Source: Hypanus sabinus (lineage: Eukaryota). Taken from it: a DNA stretch of 64,000 bases. The stretch is taken from contig NC_082713.1 in the NCBI RefSeq assembly GCF_030144855.1, positions 56,420,001 through 56,484,000 of the forward strand. The letters are read 5' to 3'. Of this stretch, positions 1-12,187 are shown one piece after another. The notes under the pieces are model-generated. The model worked only from the letters and a program-made list of their open reading frames with translations, was not told the origin of the DNA and searched no databases. A program made the position numbers and the translations under genes. Every line of letters begins with the position of its first letter. Position 1 is the stretch's first letter.

Positions 1-1368
1 CCAGATTAATAGCTAATCCTCTAGTTAGACACACTTTGCGTATATGGGCTCAGTTTAGGAAATGCTATGGTTTCCATGGTATTTCCGTTTCCAGCCCTGT
101 CGTACATAATCACCTTTTTTTACCTACCACGTACGATTCAGCATTCCAGGTTTGGTATAGGAAGGGCATTAGTTGTTTTGAAGATCTCTTCATTGATAAT
201 CGCTTCGCTTCTTTTCAGCAGCTCTCTGTTAAGTTCAATCTGCCCAATGTTCATTTTTTTAGATATCTCCAAATCAGACACTTTATTGCTCCTTTAATTC
301 CTAACTTTCCTGAAATGCCTGCGAAAAATGCTATGGACTTATTCCTTTCCATTAATCCACTAGGTAAAGGTTTAATATCAATTATCCAAGTCAAATTAGC
401 AGCCTTACGACGGGCCCCTGTGGATAAAATTAAAATGGCATGGGAGCATGATTTAAATACCTCCTTATCTGATGAGAGCTGGGACTCGATTCTCAAATCG
501 GTTAACTCAACCTCTCTTTGTGCTCGCCATTGTCTTTTACAGTTTAAGATTGTTCATAGAGTCCATATGTCTAAATCTAAACTATCTCGATTCTACCCTG
601 ACATTCGTCCGCTCTGTGATAAATGCAAGAGGGGCGAGGCCTCTCTCATTCATATGTACTGGTTCTGTCCTAGCTTGGAGAAATTTTGGAAAGATGTCTT
701 CACTACGTTATCGTATATTCTGAATCAGCAACTAGAACCAAACTCCTTAATTGCTTTGTTCGGTTTCTGGGGCGAGCCAGATTTACGTCTGAGTCCGACC
801 AAATGCTGAATATTATCCTTTGCCTCTCTCCTGGCTAGATGCTTGCTCCTCCTTAGATGGAGAGATGTTGCCCCGCCCACTCATGCTCAATGGCTTAACG
901 ACATTATGGCCTGCTTGGACCTCAAAAAAATTCATTATTCAGTTCTTAATTCAAACCTAAAGTTCCATAAGGTCTGGGGACTTTTTATCGAGTACTTTCA
1001 TAATCTTCCTCTTGATTAGGGTTTTTTTTCCCTTTTCGGTCCCTTGCTTTCAGCTCCTTTTTTTCTCTGGTAGTAGGCATCACTATCCTCTGTTGCTAAG
1101 TGTATTCACAGTCTGGGAGTTTGATTGTCCTGATTTATATTCTCTATATTGTGTTGTGGTTGGTCTGAAGTTTTTTTTTGTGTTGTGGGGCTTTGTGAGG
1201 ACACTAAATTTACTTGTCTTCAATTTAGGTGCTTTTTTTTTTAAATTCTCTTTCTCTGTATCATATTGTCATTGTATGCTGAATTTTGCACTGTGTTAAT
1301 GTTCCTCATTGTGATTTAGGGTTTTTTAATCAGTAAAATGTATAAAAAAACTAATAAAAAAAAAGAAA
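1..1368 (+). mobile_element. L1-clade LINE, 3' end (ORF2 C-terminus with CCHC zinc finger, T-rich 3'UTR, polyA), in a BRCC3 intron, antisense to the gene
   Basis: ORF 36-809 contains CDKC..H...C. Premature TGA at 807-809, natural stop TAG at 1017-1019, AATAAA at 1353-1358, then an A-tail. Same family as the copy at 61.3-64 kb. Confidence 0.92.
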
Positions 1369-1958
1369 CTTGCTTTCTAACGGTATTAGAACTGGCTAAT
1401 CTACCTATGATATTGGATCAGTTTTTACTTCCTATCAGGCATATCCTACAGCTCTGTATTTTGAAACTTTTATATTCCACTGTTTAAGTTCTCACTCTCT
1501 AATAGTGCTCATTTTATAATATGTATTTACCTTTGCTCAAATCCTCTTTCTCTAACTGCCCACATAAACCCATGCACCTGACGAGTTAGCTTATATCTTA
1601 TTGTCCACAGTGAACCTGGCCTCACTTATCAGAGATATTATTCCCTTTGTTCTTCTTTACCTTGTCCCCACCCTCTCTGCAATTTAAAGATAATTTGTTT
1701 ACTGCTTTCCAGACTTTGACCGGAAAGGTCAACTCTGTTTCTCTTTCCAAAGGTGCTTCCTGACCCATTGAATGTTTCCAGGATATACAATGAAAGATAA
1801 ATCAGTAAGTTAAAATCCATTCCAGTGAGCTGTCAACATCTACAGAATTGAATGTCAGTGAGGTGCAAAAGACACTGCAAACAAAGAATACTTTAAATTG
1901 CTTGCACAAGGCAAATCAAACCATGGTTACTCATTGTGCAATTCAGTCATTCACTTAC

Positions 1959-2046
1959 CTACATGTGAAGGCCATACAGTAATATGTGGATGAGAATGAT
2001 ACCATCCCACCACTCTCATTGGGTGACCAGTCATATCAGCTAATCT
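1959..2046 (-). CDS. BRCC3: BRCC3 (BRCC36, Lys63-specific JAMM deubiquitinase) coding exon 3: RLADMTGHPMRVVGWYHSHPHITVWPSHV
   Basis: Hand translation gives the JAMM HSH-x7-S motif. The acceptor is AC (U12 type) and the donor is G|GTAAGT. The gene continues beyond the window start. Confidence 0.96.
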
Positions 2047-2618
2047 GTGCAAAATCTAAGTTAAAGATAATAAAATAATGTCATCTAACTTTTTTACAGA
2101 CATTCTTCCAGAATCCTAGAACACTATTATTTTCCAAGTCTGCAACTCTCCTTACAGCTTTCCTACTGTAACACCTTAATGTACATAAAATGTAAACTTC
2201 ACTGATTTACATAGAAAATGTAAGAATAAATGTTTTTGAATAAATTTGACATTAATTTCTAGTGTTTTCCAGAAAACTTTAAAAATTGTCTGCATCATAT
2301 TTTGATTTTATTGTTTAATACGAGTTTATCTGCATCCTAGAAGTTTTATTCAACAAATAACAAACTTGTTTATACCTAAAATCTCTCCCCTTACTGCCCA
2401 TCAAATGTGTACTGTATCCCAACTGGGGCTATCCGATGAGGTTCAAAAGTTCCTCATTCCCTAATATTTAGCCACCTTGTGAAAATACTGGAGAAAAAAT
2501 CTTACAATATTTGTAGCAGATAATTTGGCACATTCTGGAAATAAATAACAAGAACATGTTGTGAAACAGTGAACTTTTCACAATAGCAATCTCCACCATG
2601 CAAAAACTGAAAGGATAT
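2047..2618 (-). other. BRCC3: U12-type (minor spliceosome) AT-AC intron of BRCC3, 572 nt
   Basis: 5' end ATATCCTTT, branch site TCTTTAAC (2067-2060) 13 nt from the terminal AC. The join restores the conserved ...STEAE|RLA... frame. Confidence 0.93.
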
Positions 2619-2738
2619 CTCGGCTTCAGTAGAGGCTGCAGAAAGTTGCTCTGGAGAAATTTCCACCCGATCTTTGCGCTTATCTGAGCGACGGAGGATG
2701 ATAACAGAATGTATGTGAACAATCCTGCTTGTGTCAAC
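2619..2738 (-). CDS. BRCC3: BRCC3 coding exon 2: VDTSRIVHIHSVIILRRSDKRKDRVEISPEQLSAASTEAE
   Basis: 120-nt phase-0 exon with ttttcttag acceptor. Near identity to vertebrate BRCC36 as recalled. Confidence 0.96.
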
Positions 2739-3904
2739 CTAAGAAAATGTGAAGAAACTCATTATCTTTTATTTACTTCTTAAGTCTATCACAGGTGTCA
2801 CACTGCACTTCGTTGTATAAAGTAGACTCACAAATAGCCAGAGAAACAAAAATTAATTTACGAGTTAATAGATAATCTGCCACACAATGATTCTTGTACA
2901 AAATAAGAACTTTAGGATCAGGAAGAAAATATTTTCATGGATAGAATGGTTGATGAGCATGACAAAAACAAAGCAGGGATAATCATTTTTAGCTGGAAAG
3001 CATTTACTCGTGGGCAATGAAAAGGACCAATACTGGGAAATCAGTTATCATTAATGTCTAGAGAAATGGATTTACTCTACTCATGTTTGCTGATGGTAGG
3101 TGAAAAACATAAGCATTGCAGAAGATGTAAAGTATCTACAGAGCAAAACAGAGTATGAGAAGAGACAAAAGGTAGCAGATAGAGTATAATGTCAGTTTAT
3201 TAATTTGGTTAAGAGTAGTAGCAGAATAGAGGAATACAGATGGTTCTAAGTGTACAGGTACATAAATTGCAGAAAGTTAACATGCAAGTAATTGGAAAGG
3301 CAAATAGTATGTTGGCCTTCCTTCAAAGGAGATTGAACTGTAAAAGTAAACAAGTTTTGTAGCAATTGCACGTTTTAGGTAAAACCCTGCAAATGGCCAC
3401 CACTGGATACATGACCACACCCAATAACCATTAAGTACAAACATGTGCACACAAGTGTATATGAAATGAGATCAAATTTAAATTCCTGTGGCTTTTGTAC
3501 TTTCAATCTCCATAAAAAGATGCAATATTAAAGTGAAGTATAAATTTATTGGACTGATTCCTGGGATGAGTGCATTATTGCGCAAGGAGAGATTCCATTA
3601 GATAAAGCTATGATCAGTGAAGTTCAGAAGAATGAAAGGTGATTCTCTTCATACAACACTCAGTGTTCATTTAACAAGATGGTTGGATTCCTGTAAACCT
3701 CCAACTATTTCATTTTCTTACTATAATGAGATAACCAGAATTAATCACAATATTCCAGACAAGGTAGGAAGAGGGTTTTATAAACGTTCACCATGACTTC
3801 CTTGCTTTTATATTGTATGGCCTCTATTAATAAAGCCCAGAATTGAGTATGTCCTGGAATTTGCAATTATTTGTACATACATAACTCCAAGTTTTTCTGC
3901 TCCT

Positions 3905-4250
3905 GCAACCCACATCCTTACCACCCAGGCCATGCTCTTTTCTCGCTGCTGCCATCAGGTAGAAGGTACAAGAGCCTCGAGACTCGTACCACAAGGTTCA
4001 AGAACAGTTACTAGCCCTCAACCATCAGGCTCTTGAACAAAAGGAGACAGCTACACTCCTTTAAGGACTCTGTTATATTGTCAATTCATGCTTGCTATTG
4101 ATTGCTATTTGTAATTGCGCTGTTTGCAGTTTACAGTTCCTGATGTTTACAGTTACTGTTCTATAGATTTGCTAAGTACACCCATAGTAAAGGAATCTCA
4201 GGGTTGTAATGTGGTGACATGCATGTACTCTGATAATACATCTTACTTTG
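3905..4250 (+). mobile_element. Rex1/Babar-like LINE 3' remnant, inside older CR1 debris
   Basis: HPGHALFSLLPSGRRYKSL-type coding remnant followed by the family 3'UTR. The same family recurs at 15.5, 34.6, 40.3 and 54.4 kb. Confidence 0.6.
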
Positions 4251-5269
4251 AACCATTTTAGATTACTCTATATCACAGGTCCTCATTCTTCCTCCAAAAC
4301 TGCATCTCCTTACATTAAACTTCATCTGCCCCATGTCTGCCCATTCTACTAATCTGCAGCTATCCCAATTCAACCTATTACAATCCACTCACACGATTCA
4401 CATGCTGCAAAGCTTTGTGTCTGCCACAAATTTAGAAACAGTTAGTTGCATTCCATGTCAAGGTCATTAATACAAATTAAATATGATCTTAAAATTAATC
4501 CTGGGAGTTGTACTGTGCCTTATCAGTGAGCAGGATTCATTAGAAAAGATGAATAAAAATAAGGCAGAGGCAAGCGGAGCTGCCAATGTGTGAGTGGGCC
4601 AGTGTTGAAGTGGCTTTGGACTTAGTAAGTTCCTTCTTCTTAATTCTTCACTCCTTGTATGTTAGGGCACAATTAGCTCAGTGAGAATGATCTCATATCA
4701 GGGGCTGTGTTTTGGTGTATGAGATGTGGCAACTCTGGGATCCCTCCAGTTTCCAGGATAACTACATCTGCACAAGGTGTACCATCTTAGAGAACGTATT
4801 AAGGAACTGAAGCTGCGGCTTGATGACCATTGGCTCATATGGGAGACTGAAGAAGTGATAGAAACTACAGGGAGATAGTCACCCCTAGGTTACAGAAGGT
4901 ATGTAACTGGGTGACTGTCAGGAGAAGTAAATGAAATGACCAGCCAGTGCAAAGTACCTGTGGCTGTTCACCTCAGTAATAAGTATACCACTTTGGATAC
5001 TGTTGAGGAGAACAACCTACCGGGGGAGCTGCAACAGCTGGGATACTGGCCCTGATTTTTGTGCTGTGGCTCAGAAGAGAGGTGAAAAGGATTGCAGTAG
5101 TGACAGGAGATTCCATAGCTAGAGGTTCCGTGGACATGATGGAGACATCCAGATGGTATGTTGCCTCTTAGCTGCCAGGGTCAGGGATGTCTCAGATCAG
5201 GTCCACTGCATTCTAAAAGGGGAGGGTGAGCAGCCAGAAGTCCTGTTACATATTGGTACCAATGACATA

Positions 5270-6797
5270 TAGTGGTGCTAGGGTCTGTGAACCCTGTACA
5301 ATTTTCTCTATTTCTGCATAACATGACCTAAAATGTGATCAGATCTTTATGCAAGTCCTAAAACTAGATAAAGGGAGCCTGATTAAATAAATAATTCAAA
5401 AATTATTATACTTGTTCATTTATTTGTTGAAGAAAATGATTCAATATTACATATATTTGTTGAAAAAAGTATGTGAACCTTTGCTTTCAGTAACTGGTGT
5501 GACCCCGTCGTATAGCAGTAACTTCAACCAACCATTTCCAGTAACTATTGATCAATCCTGCACATCAGCCTGGAAGAATTTTAGGCCATTCTTCCTTACA
5601 AAACTGCTTCAAATCGGGGATGTTGGTGGGCTTCCTTGCTTGTTTCAGATCCTTCCACACAATTTCTATAGGATTAAAGTCAGGACACTAGCTCAGTCAT
5701 TCCAAATCACAAATTTTCCTCTTTATTCTGTTGTTGTCTTTTGGATCATTGTCTTGTTAAACCATTATCCAACTTCAGGCGATGGACTGCTACCCTGACA
5801 TTCTTGTGTAAAGTGTCTTGATAAGATTTTGAATTCATTGTTCCTTCAACGACAGCAAGCTCTCCAGACCTTGAGGCAGCCCCAAACCATGATACTTCTT
5901 CCACTATGCTTCACAGCTTGGATGAGGTTTTGGCATTGGTGTACAGTGCCCTTTTTCCTTCAAACATAGCAACGTGCACTACTGCCAAAAAGTTTTGCCT
6001 CATCTGTCCACAGAACATTGTAGAACATCAGGTGGTCTTTTGCAAACTTGAGATGTGCAGCAACGTGTTTCTGGAGAGCAGTGGTATCCTTTCATGAACA
6101 CGCTTCTTGTTCAGTGTCTTTCCTATTGTGGACACATGAACAGAAACTTTAGCAAGTTCTAGAGATTCCTGCAGGTCCTTTGCTGTTACCCTTCAGTTCT
6201 TTTTCACCTCCTTCAGCATTGCACGTTGTGCTCTTGGTGTGATCTTAGCGGGATGTCCACTCCCAGGGAGAGTAGCAACAATACTAAATTTCCTCCATTT
6301 GTAGACAATCTTCTCACTATGGACTGATGAACACTTAAGTCTTTAGAAATGTTTTTGTAGTCTTTTCCAACTTAGTCTGTCTCGACAATTCTTCTTCCAA
6401 GGTCCTCTGAAAATTATATTGATTGAAGCATAGTACACAAACAGATCTTTCTTGACAAGAGCAGACTCTGTCAGTAACCTGACTTTGTGTGTCTTTTTTA
6501 TAAGACAGGGCACCTCTACAACCCACACCTCTAATCTCATCTCATTGATTGGAACATCTGACTCCAAATAGGATTTTTTTAGAAAAGACGTTCACATAGT
6601 TTTTTCAACAGGTACATGTAATATTGGATAATTTTTCTCAATAAATAAATGAACAAGTATAACGTTTTTTGTGTAACTTATTTCATTGGGTTCTCTTTAT
6701 CTAGTTTTAGGACACGTGAAGATCTAATCACATTTTAGGTCATATTTATGCAGAAAGAGAAAATTCTACAGTGTTCATAAACTTTCAAGCATCACTG
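5270..6797 (-). mobile_element. Tc1-like DNA transposon, degenerate
   Basis: About 210-bp inverted terminal repeats (5270-~5480 and ~6590-6797), TA target (right copy mutated to CA), and minus-strand transposase remnants. Confidence 0.85.
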
Positions 6798-7127
6798 CAG
6801 GTAGGAAAGGTGAGGAGGTCCTGAAGAGAGAATTTAGGGAGCTAGGTAGAAAGCCGAAAAGGAGGTCCCCTAGGGTAGTATTCTCTGGATTGCTGACTGT
6901 GCCATACACCAGTGAGAGTAAGAATAGGATGATTAGGCAGATGAATGCATGGTGGGGGTAGGGGGTAGGAGTTCAGCTTTCTGGATCATTCAGAGCTCTT
7001 CTGGGGAAGGAACAACCTGTACAAAAGAGATGGGTTATACCTGAACCTGAGTGGCACCATTATTTTTGTGGGAAGGTTTGTTAGAGCTGTTCAGGAGGGT
7101 TTGGCAGGGGGATGGAAACCGGAGTGA

Positions 7128-7690
7128 TAGACAATAGATGCAGGAGTAGGCCATTCAGCCCTTCGAGTCAGCCCTGCCATTCAATGTGATCATGGCTGAT
7201 CATCCACAACTATTCCTGCCTTCTCCCCATATCCCGACTCTGCTATCTTTAAGAGTTCTATCTAACTCTTTCTTGAAAGCATCCAAAGAATTGGCCTCCA
7301 CTGCCTTCTGAAACAGAGCATTCCATAGATCCACAACTCTCTGGGTGAAAAAGTTTTTCCTGAACTCTGTTCTAAATGGCCTACCTCTTATTCTTAAACT
7401 GTGGCCTCTAGTTCTGGACTCCCCCAACATCGGGAACATGTTTCCTGCCTCTAGCGTGTCCAATCCCTTAATAATCTTATATGTTTCAATCAGATCCCCT
7501 CTCATCCTTCTAAATTCCAGTGTATACAAGCCCAGTCACTCCAATCTTTCAACATATTACAGTCCCTCCATCCGGGGAATTAACCTCGTGAACCTACGCT
7601 GCACTCCCTCAATAGCAAGAATGTCCTTCCTCAAATTTGGAGACCAAAAGTGCACACAATACTCCAGGTGTGGTCTCACCAGAGCCCTCT
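7128..7690 (-). mobile_element. CR1 LINE 3' fragment inserted in opposite orientation in the larger CR1
   Basis: ORF 7200-7529 (LEFRRMRGDLIETYKI...RKNFFTQRVV) is the typical CR1 ORF2 C-terminus. Confidence 0.85.
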
Positions 7691-10600
7691 AGAATGCCTA
7701 TGAGTGGCTTTTTAGAGCAGCTTGTGGTTGAGCCTACTAGGGGATCAACTATTCTGGATTGGGTGTGCAATGAACCAGAATTGATTAGAGAACTTAAGGC
7801 AAAAGAACACTTAGGGACAAGTGATCATTATATGATTGAACTCACCCTGCAATTTGAGAAGCAGAAGCTAAAATCAGATATATCAGTATTACAGTGGAGT
7901 GAAAGGAATTACAGAGACATGAGAGAGGTGCTGGCCAAAACTGATTGGAATGGATGACGGCAGAGCATCAATAGCTGGAGTTTCTAGGAGCAATTGGAAG
8001 GCGCAGGATAGATACATATCAAAGAAGAAAAAGTGTTCTAAAAGCAGGATAAAACAACTGTGGCTGACAAGAGAAGTCAAAGTCAAAATAAAAGCCAAAG
8101 GGGGGTATAGAGCAAAAGTTAGTGGAAAGTTAGGATTAGGAAGCTTTTAAAAAAAACAAAATGCAACTTAAAAAATCATAAAGGAGGAAAAGATGGAATA
8201 CAAAGATTAGCAAGCTAATAATATTAAAGAAGATACCAAAAGTTTCTTCAGATATATAAAGTGTAAAAGAGGTGAGAGTAGATTTCAGACTGCTGAAAAA
8301 TTATGCTGGAGAGGTAGTAATTGGAGACAAAGAAATGGAGGACAAACAATAAGTATTTTGTGTCAACTTGCACTGTGGAAGACACTAACAGCATGCTGGA
8401 AGTTTGAGAATGGCAGGGGTATGTGACACTGCCATTAATAGGGAGAAGGCGCTTGGGAAACTGAAAGATCTAAAGGTAGATAAGTCACCTGGACTAATGC
8501 TACACATCAGAATTTTGAAGGAGGTGACTGAAGACTGTGGAGGCATTAGTAATGATCTTTCAAGAATCAATGGATTCTGGAAGATTGGGAAATTGTAAAT
8601 GTCACTCCAAGACAGGAGAGAGGCAAAAGAAAGGAAATTACAGGAAATTATTATTCTGACCTCAGTGGTTGGGAAGATGCTGGGGTTGATTGTTAAGGAT
8701 GTAGTTTCGGGTACTTGCAGGCACATGATAAAATAGGTCGAATTCAACATAGTTTCCTTAAGGGAAAACGTTGCCTGACAAATCTGTTGGAATTCTTGAA
8801 AGAAATAACAAGCAGGATATACAAAGGAGAATTGGTGAATGTTGTGTACTTGGATTTTCAGAAGGCTGCTTAACAAACTACGAGCTCCGGTATTACAGGA
8901 AAGATACTAAGCACGGATGAAGCATTGGCTGATTGGCAGGAGGCAAGAGGCAAGAGGCAATGAGTGGGAATAAAGGTAATCTTTTCTGATTCACTGCTGG
9001 TGACTAGTGGTACTCCACAAGGCTCTGTGTTGGGACTGCTTTTTACTTATGTCAATGATTTGGATGGCAGGATTGAAGACTTTATGGCCACGTTTGCAGA
9101 AGATACAAAGATAGGTGGAGTGTAAGGTAATGTTGAGGAAGCAGAGAGGCTACAAAAAGACAAAGATTAGGAAAATGGGCAAAGAAATGGCAGATGAAAT
9201 ACAGTGGCTAGAAGTGTATGGTTATGCACTTTGGAAGAATAAAAGCCTAGATGGAGATTTAAAAGCAAGGATTTATCTAAGAAAGGATCAGCTAATGTTG
9301 GAGAAAGTTCAAAGGTTGACAAAAATGATCCTGGGATTGAAAGGTTTATCATATGAGGAGCATTTGATAACTCGGGGTCTGTACTCACTGGAATTAAGAA
9401 GAATGGGGAGGGGCGGAATCTCATTGAAAAATATTGAATGTTGAAAGGCCTTGATGGAGTGGATGTGGAGAGGATGTTTCCTATGGTGGGGAGTCTAAGA
9501 CCAGATGACACAGTCTCAGAATAGAGGTACATCCATTTAGAATGGCGATTAGGAGGAATTTCTTTAGCCAAAAGAGTAGCAAATCTGTGAAAATAATTAC
9601 CACAAGCTGCTGTGAAGGCCAAGTCATTGGGTATATTTAAGGCAGAGGTTAATAGATTCTTGATTAGTGAAGGGATAGGAGGAAAAGGCAGGAGATTGGG
9701 GTTGAGAGGAAAATGGATCAGCCATGATGAACTGGCAGGACTGACTTGATGGGCTAAATGTCTAGCTCAGTCCTATATCTTATGGGCTTGCTCACCATCT
9801 CATTTCAAAGCAACTATTCACCACAACCTTCTACTAACTGTTACTTAGCCAATTACCAAATGTCCTTTCTGTGCCATGTGTTTCACCTCTGCTATTAAGT
9901 CTGTTATATGGTATCTGCAAATCTATGCATACCACATCAATGGCATGACCACAACAACTCTATCCATTATCTCATCAAAAAGTGCCAAGTTTGTTAAATA
10001 TATATTTGCCTTAAATATTCAGGCTGCTTTATCTTAATAAACCCATTTTTCTCCAGGTGACCCATTAACCCTGTTCCAGATTAACACTTCTCAAAGCTTT
10101 CCCACATCAAGATCAAACGACATCTCTGTTGTTACGCTGCTTAGCCCTGCCTTGTTTTTTTGAACAGGGGATAATATTTATTGCTCTCTCAAGCCAACCT
10201 CTAATTGAAAGAGCACTGGAAGAATATGGTGAGTGCCCCTGCATGGAAAAATTGATGTTTCCTAGATAATATAACACAAGCAATGATGGTGCAGGTGACA
10301 GGGTGCGGTAATGAGACAAGTAAAAGACAAAAACAAGTCCATATGAGGATTACAGAATTATTATTAAAAATTGTTGCAAATGTTGAACCTAAGCTGTAAC
10401 TCATTGAAAAATTACATCATACATTATTGGAACAGTGCAGTAGCCCAGGATCAGAAGGTCAGGCTAGCATGACAGAGAATTAAAGAGACAGGTTATCAGA
10501 AGCTCAAAGTCACACACATGAATTGAATTACATTGTCATCTGTTCTGCAATGGTTTCCACAATGTAAAAATTCATGAGCATTGAATATAGTACAGAACTT

Positions 10601-11725
10601 TTAAAATGCACAAATAAATTTGTATTTCACAAAAAACAAAATGTTTATGGTCTCTGGACACTGTTAGAAGATCAAAAGGACAGTTGTCCCAAGAGGAGGA
10701 GGAAGGAGATGGTAGTTCACCAGAGATGCAAGAAATGGTAAGAAATGATCTGATGAATGTAAAGGCTAGAAGGCAAGAAATAGAAGAATATGATTATCAT
10801 TTTCTTAGGAAAGAGGCAAGATCAGATGTGTGAGAAATTGGCTGGCTACTCTTCTGAATCCTATACAGTGGAAGAGGAAAGACACATCAGCAGTGCCAGT
10901 ATGGAAGATTGCTTTGTCAAAACTGATGTGATAGAGACAGTTATTCTAAAGAAAAAGAAAAAGATCCTAAAAGGTACCAAGATGAAATCAAGGCAGCTGC
11001 AATCACTAACCTGCCCCAAGAAATAGGGATCGAGAGTTGAGAAAAAGGGAAAGAAATTAACTATGTGAATCTGAGGGAAGAGCAGAAATGTATAAAAAAG
11101 CGTATCAGATTGATTTATAATGAAGATCTAAATCTTCTATCATTCTGGAAGATGATGGAGCAAAATGTGAGTTTTGATGATTAGTGTAATCATTCTCTAC
11201 TCAAATGCTGGAAATCTTTTGAAAATCTTTAGCTCATAGTCACCTGCTTCTCCCAAGTTCCAAATTGCCACTTTCTACCCGATATCTACATAATTGAATA
11301 ATTAACGACTGTTTGTACAATTTTACGGGGGGGGGGGGGGTCTGAAATGCATTGGCAACTCTCTCCTTGGTTTTCGCTTTCTAGAAGGCTTGTTTGCTTT
11401 CTCGTTAATTGAATGGGACTTTTACCTGACGCCAGCACAGGATAGGGCAAATAATCACCCCTCTGCTCATCATGAACAGCCCACTGAAGGACCGTCGGTC
11501 CAGTGGAAACCAAACAGCGGTTGCTGCCTTGGCGTCGGTACAGTGGCCTGGTTGTGAGGCCACGTACTCTGTCCCGAAGGCGACGGTTTTCATTGCTGTG
11601 CCGCGGGATGAGAAGCTGCGCGAAAGAAGCCAGCCCCGTTACTAAGGGGAGGGTTAGGGTTGGTCGGAGGGGCGCGCGGTTGCTAGGGTGACGGTCGCCC
11701 GGCCTGGCTGCTAAGAGATTTGTAC

Positions 11726-11830
11726 CTCTCCAATACAGAGGCCCATCACTTCCTCTTTTTCTGTGGACAGAGCGTGATTCAAACATACGAGGAAGGCATC
11801 AGAGTCCAGGTGAACCCTACACACCGCCAT
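11726..11830 (-). CDS. BRCC3: BRCC3 coding exon 1: MAVCRVHLDSDAFLVCLNHALSTEKEEVMGLCIGE
   Basis: ATG at 11830 in good Kozak context (gacATGG) and donor GAG|GTACAA. Contains the EVMGL catalytic-Glu motif of MPN+ proteins. Confidence 0.97.
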
Positions 11831-11999
11831 GTCTGCCCGATAACCGCTGCAAATCGAGTCATCGAAACCGGATACTCTATCTTCCCGGCAGTAAGGGAAA
11901 CAGTTGGCGTCGGTTGGAAAGCACAGGCTGCGACGCAGTTCCGGGGCATTTTCCAACTGAAGCTGCGACTCCGACACAAACAACAAGTTATAATGTGGA

Positions 12000-12187
12000 G
12001 TTTTTCCATTTCTACGGACGGGGGGGGGGGGGGTTGAGAGAATTTTATATGTTATGTTGGACGTTTGAGAAGATTTTAATTATTCTCATCCGTTCCGTCT
12101 GGGACGAGCACGAACCTAGTTTTAGGTGACACCGTATCTCCGGCCCTGTTGTTACGGAAACAGTTGCAGCTGAAATGACAAGTTGAG
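12000..12187 (+). other. CMC4: Candidate non-coding exon 1 of CMC4 (5' boundary approximate)
   Basis: Donor GAG|GTAACT at the edge of the CpG island. CMC4 exon 2 begins 7 nt before its ATG, so an upstream UTR exon is required. Confidence 0.45.

Larger units (their letters stand above)
4560..9790 (+). mobile_element. Degenerate near-full-length CR1 LINE (ORF1 esterase and ORF2 EN/RT remnants), interrupted by a Tc1 and an inverted CR1 fragment
   Basis: ORF1 GTNDIGRK motif split at 5269/6798. ORF2 remnants EPTRGSTILDW and KSPG. CR1 3' end near 9720-9785. Confidence 0.8.

Noticed and set aside
11711-11986. 91-aa ORF as a complete gene or an N-terminally extended BRCC3
   Set aside because: It begins at a non-ATG codon and runs past the donor. 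Only 11830-11726 matches BRCC3.
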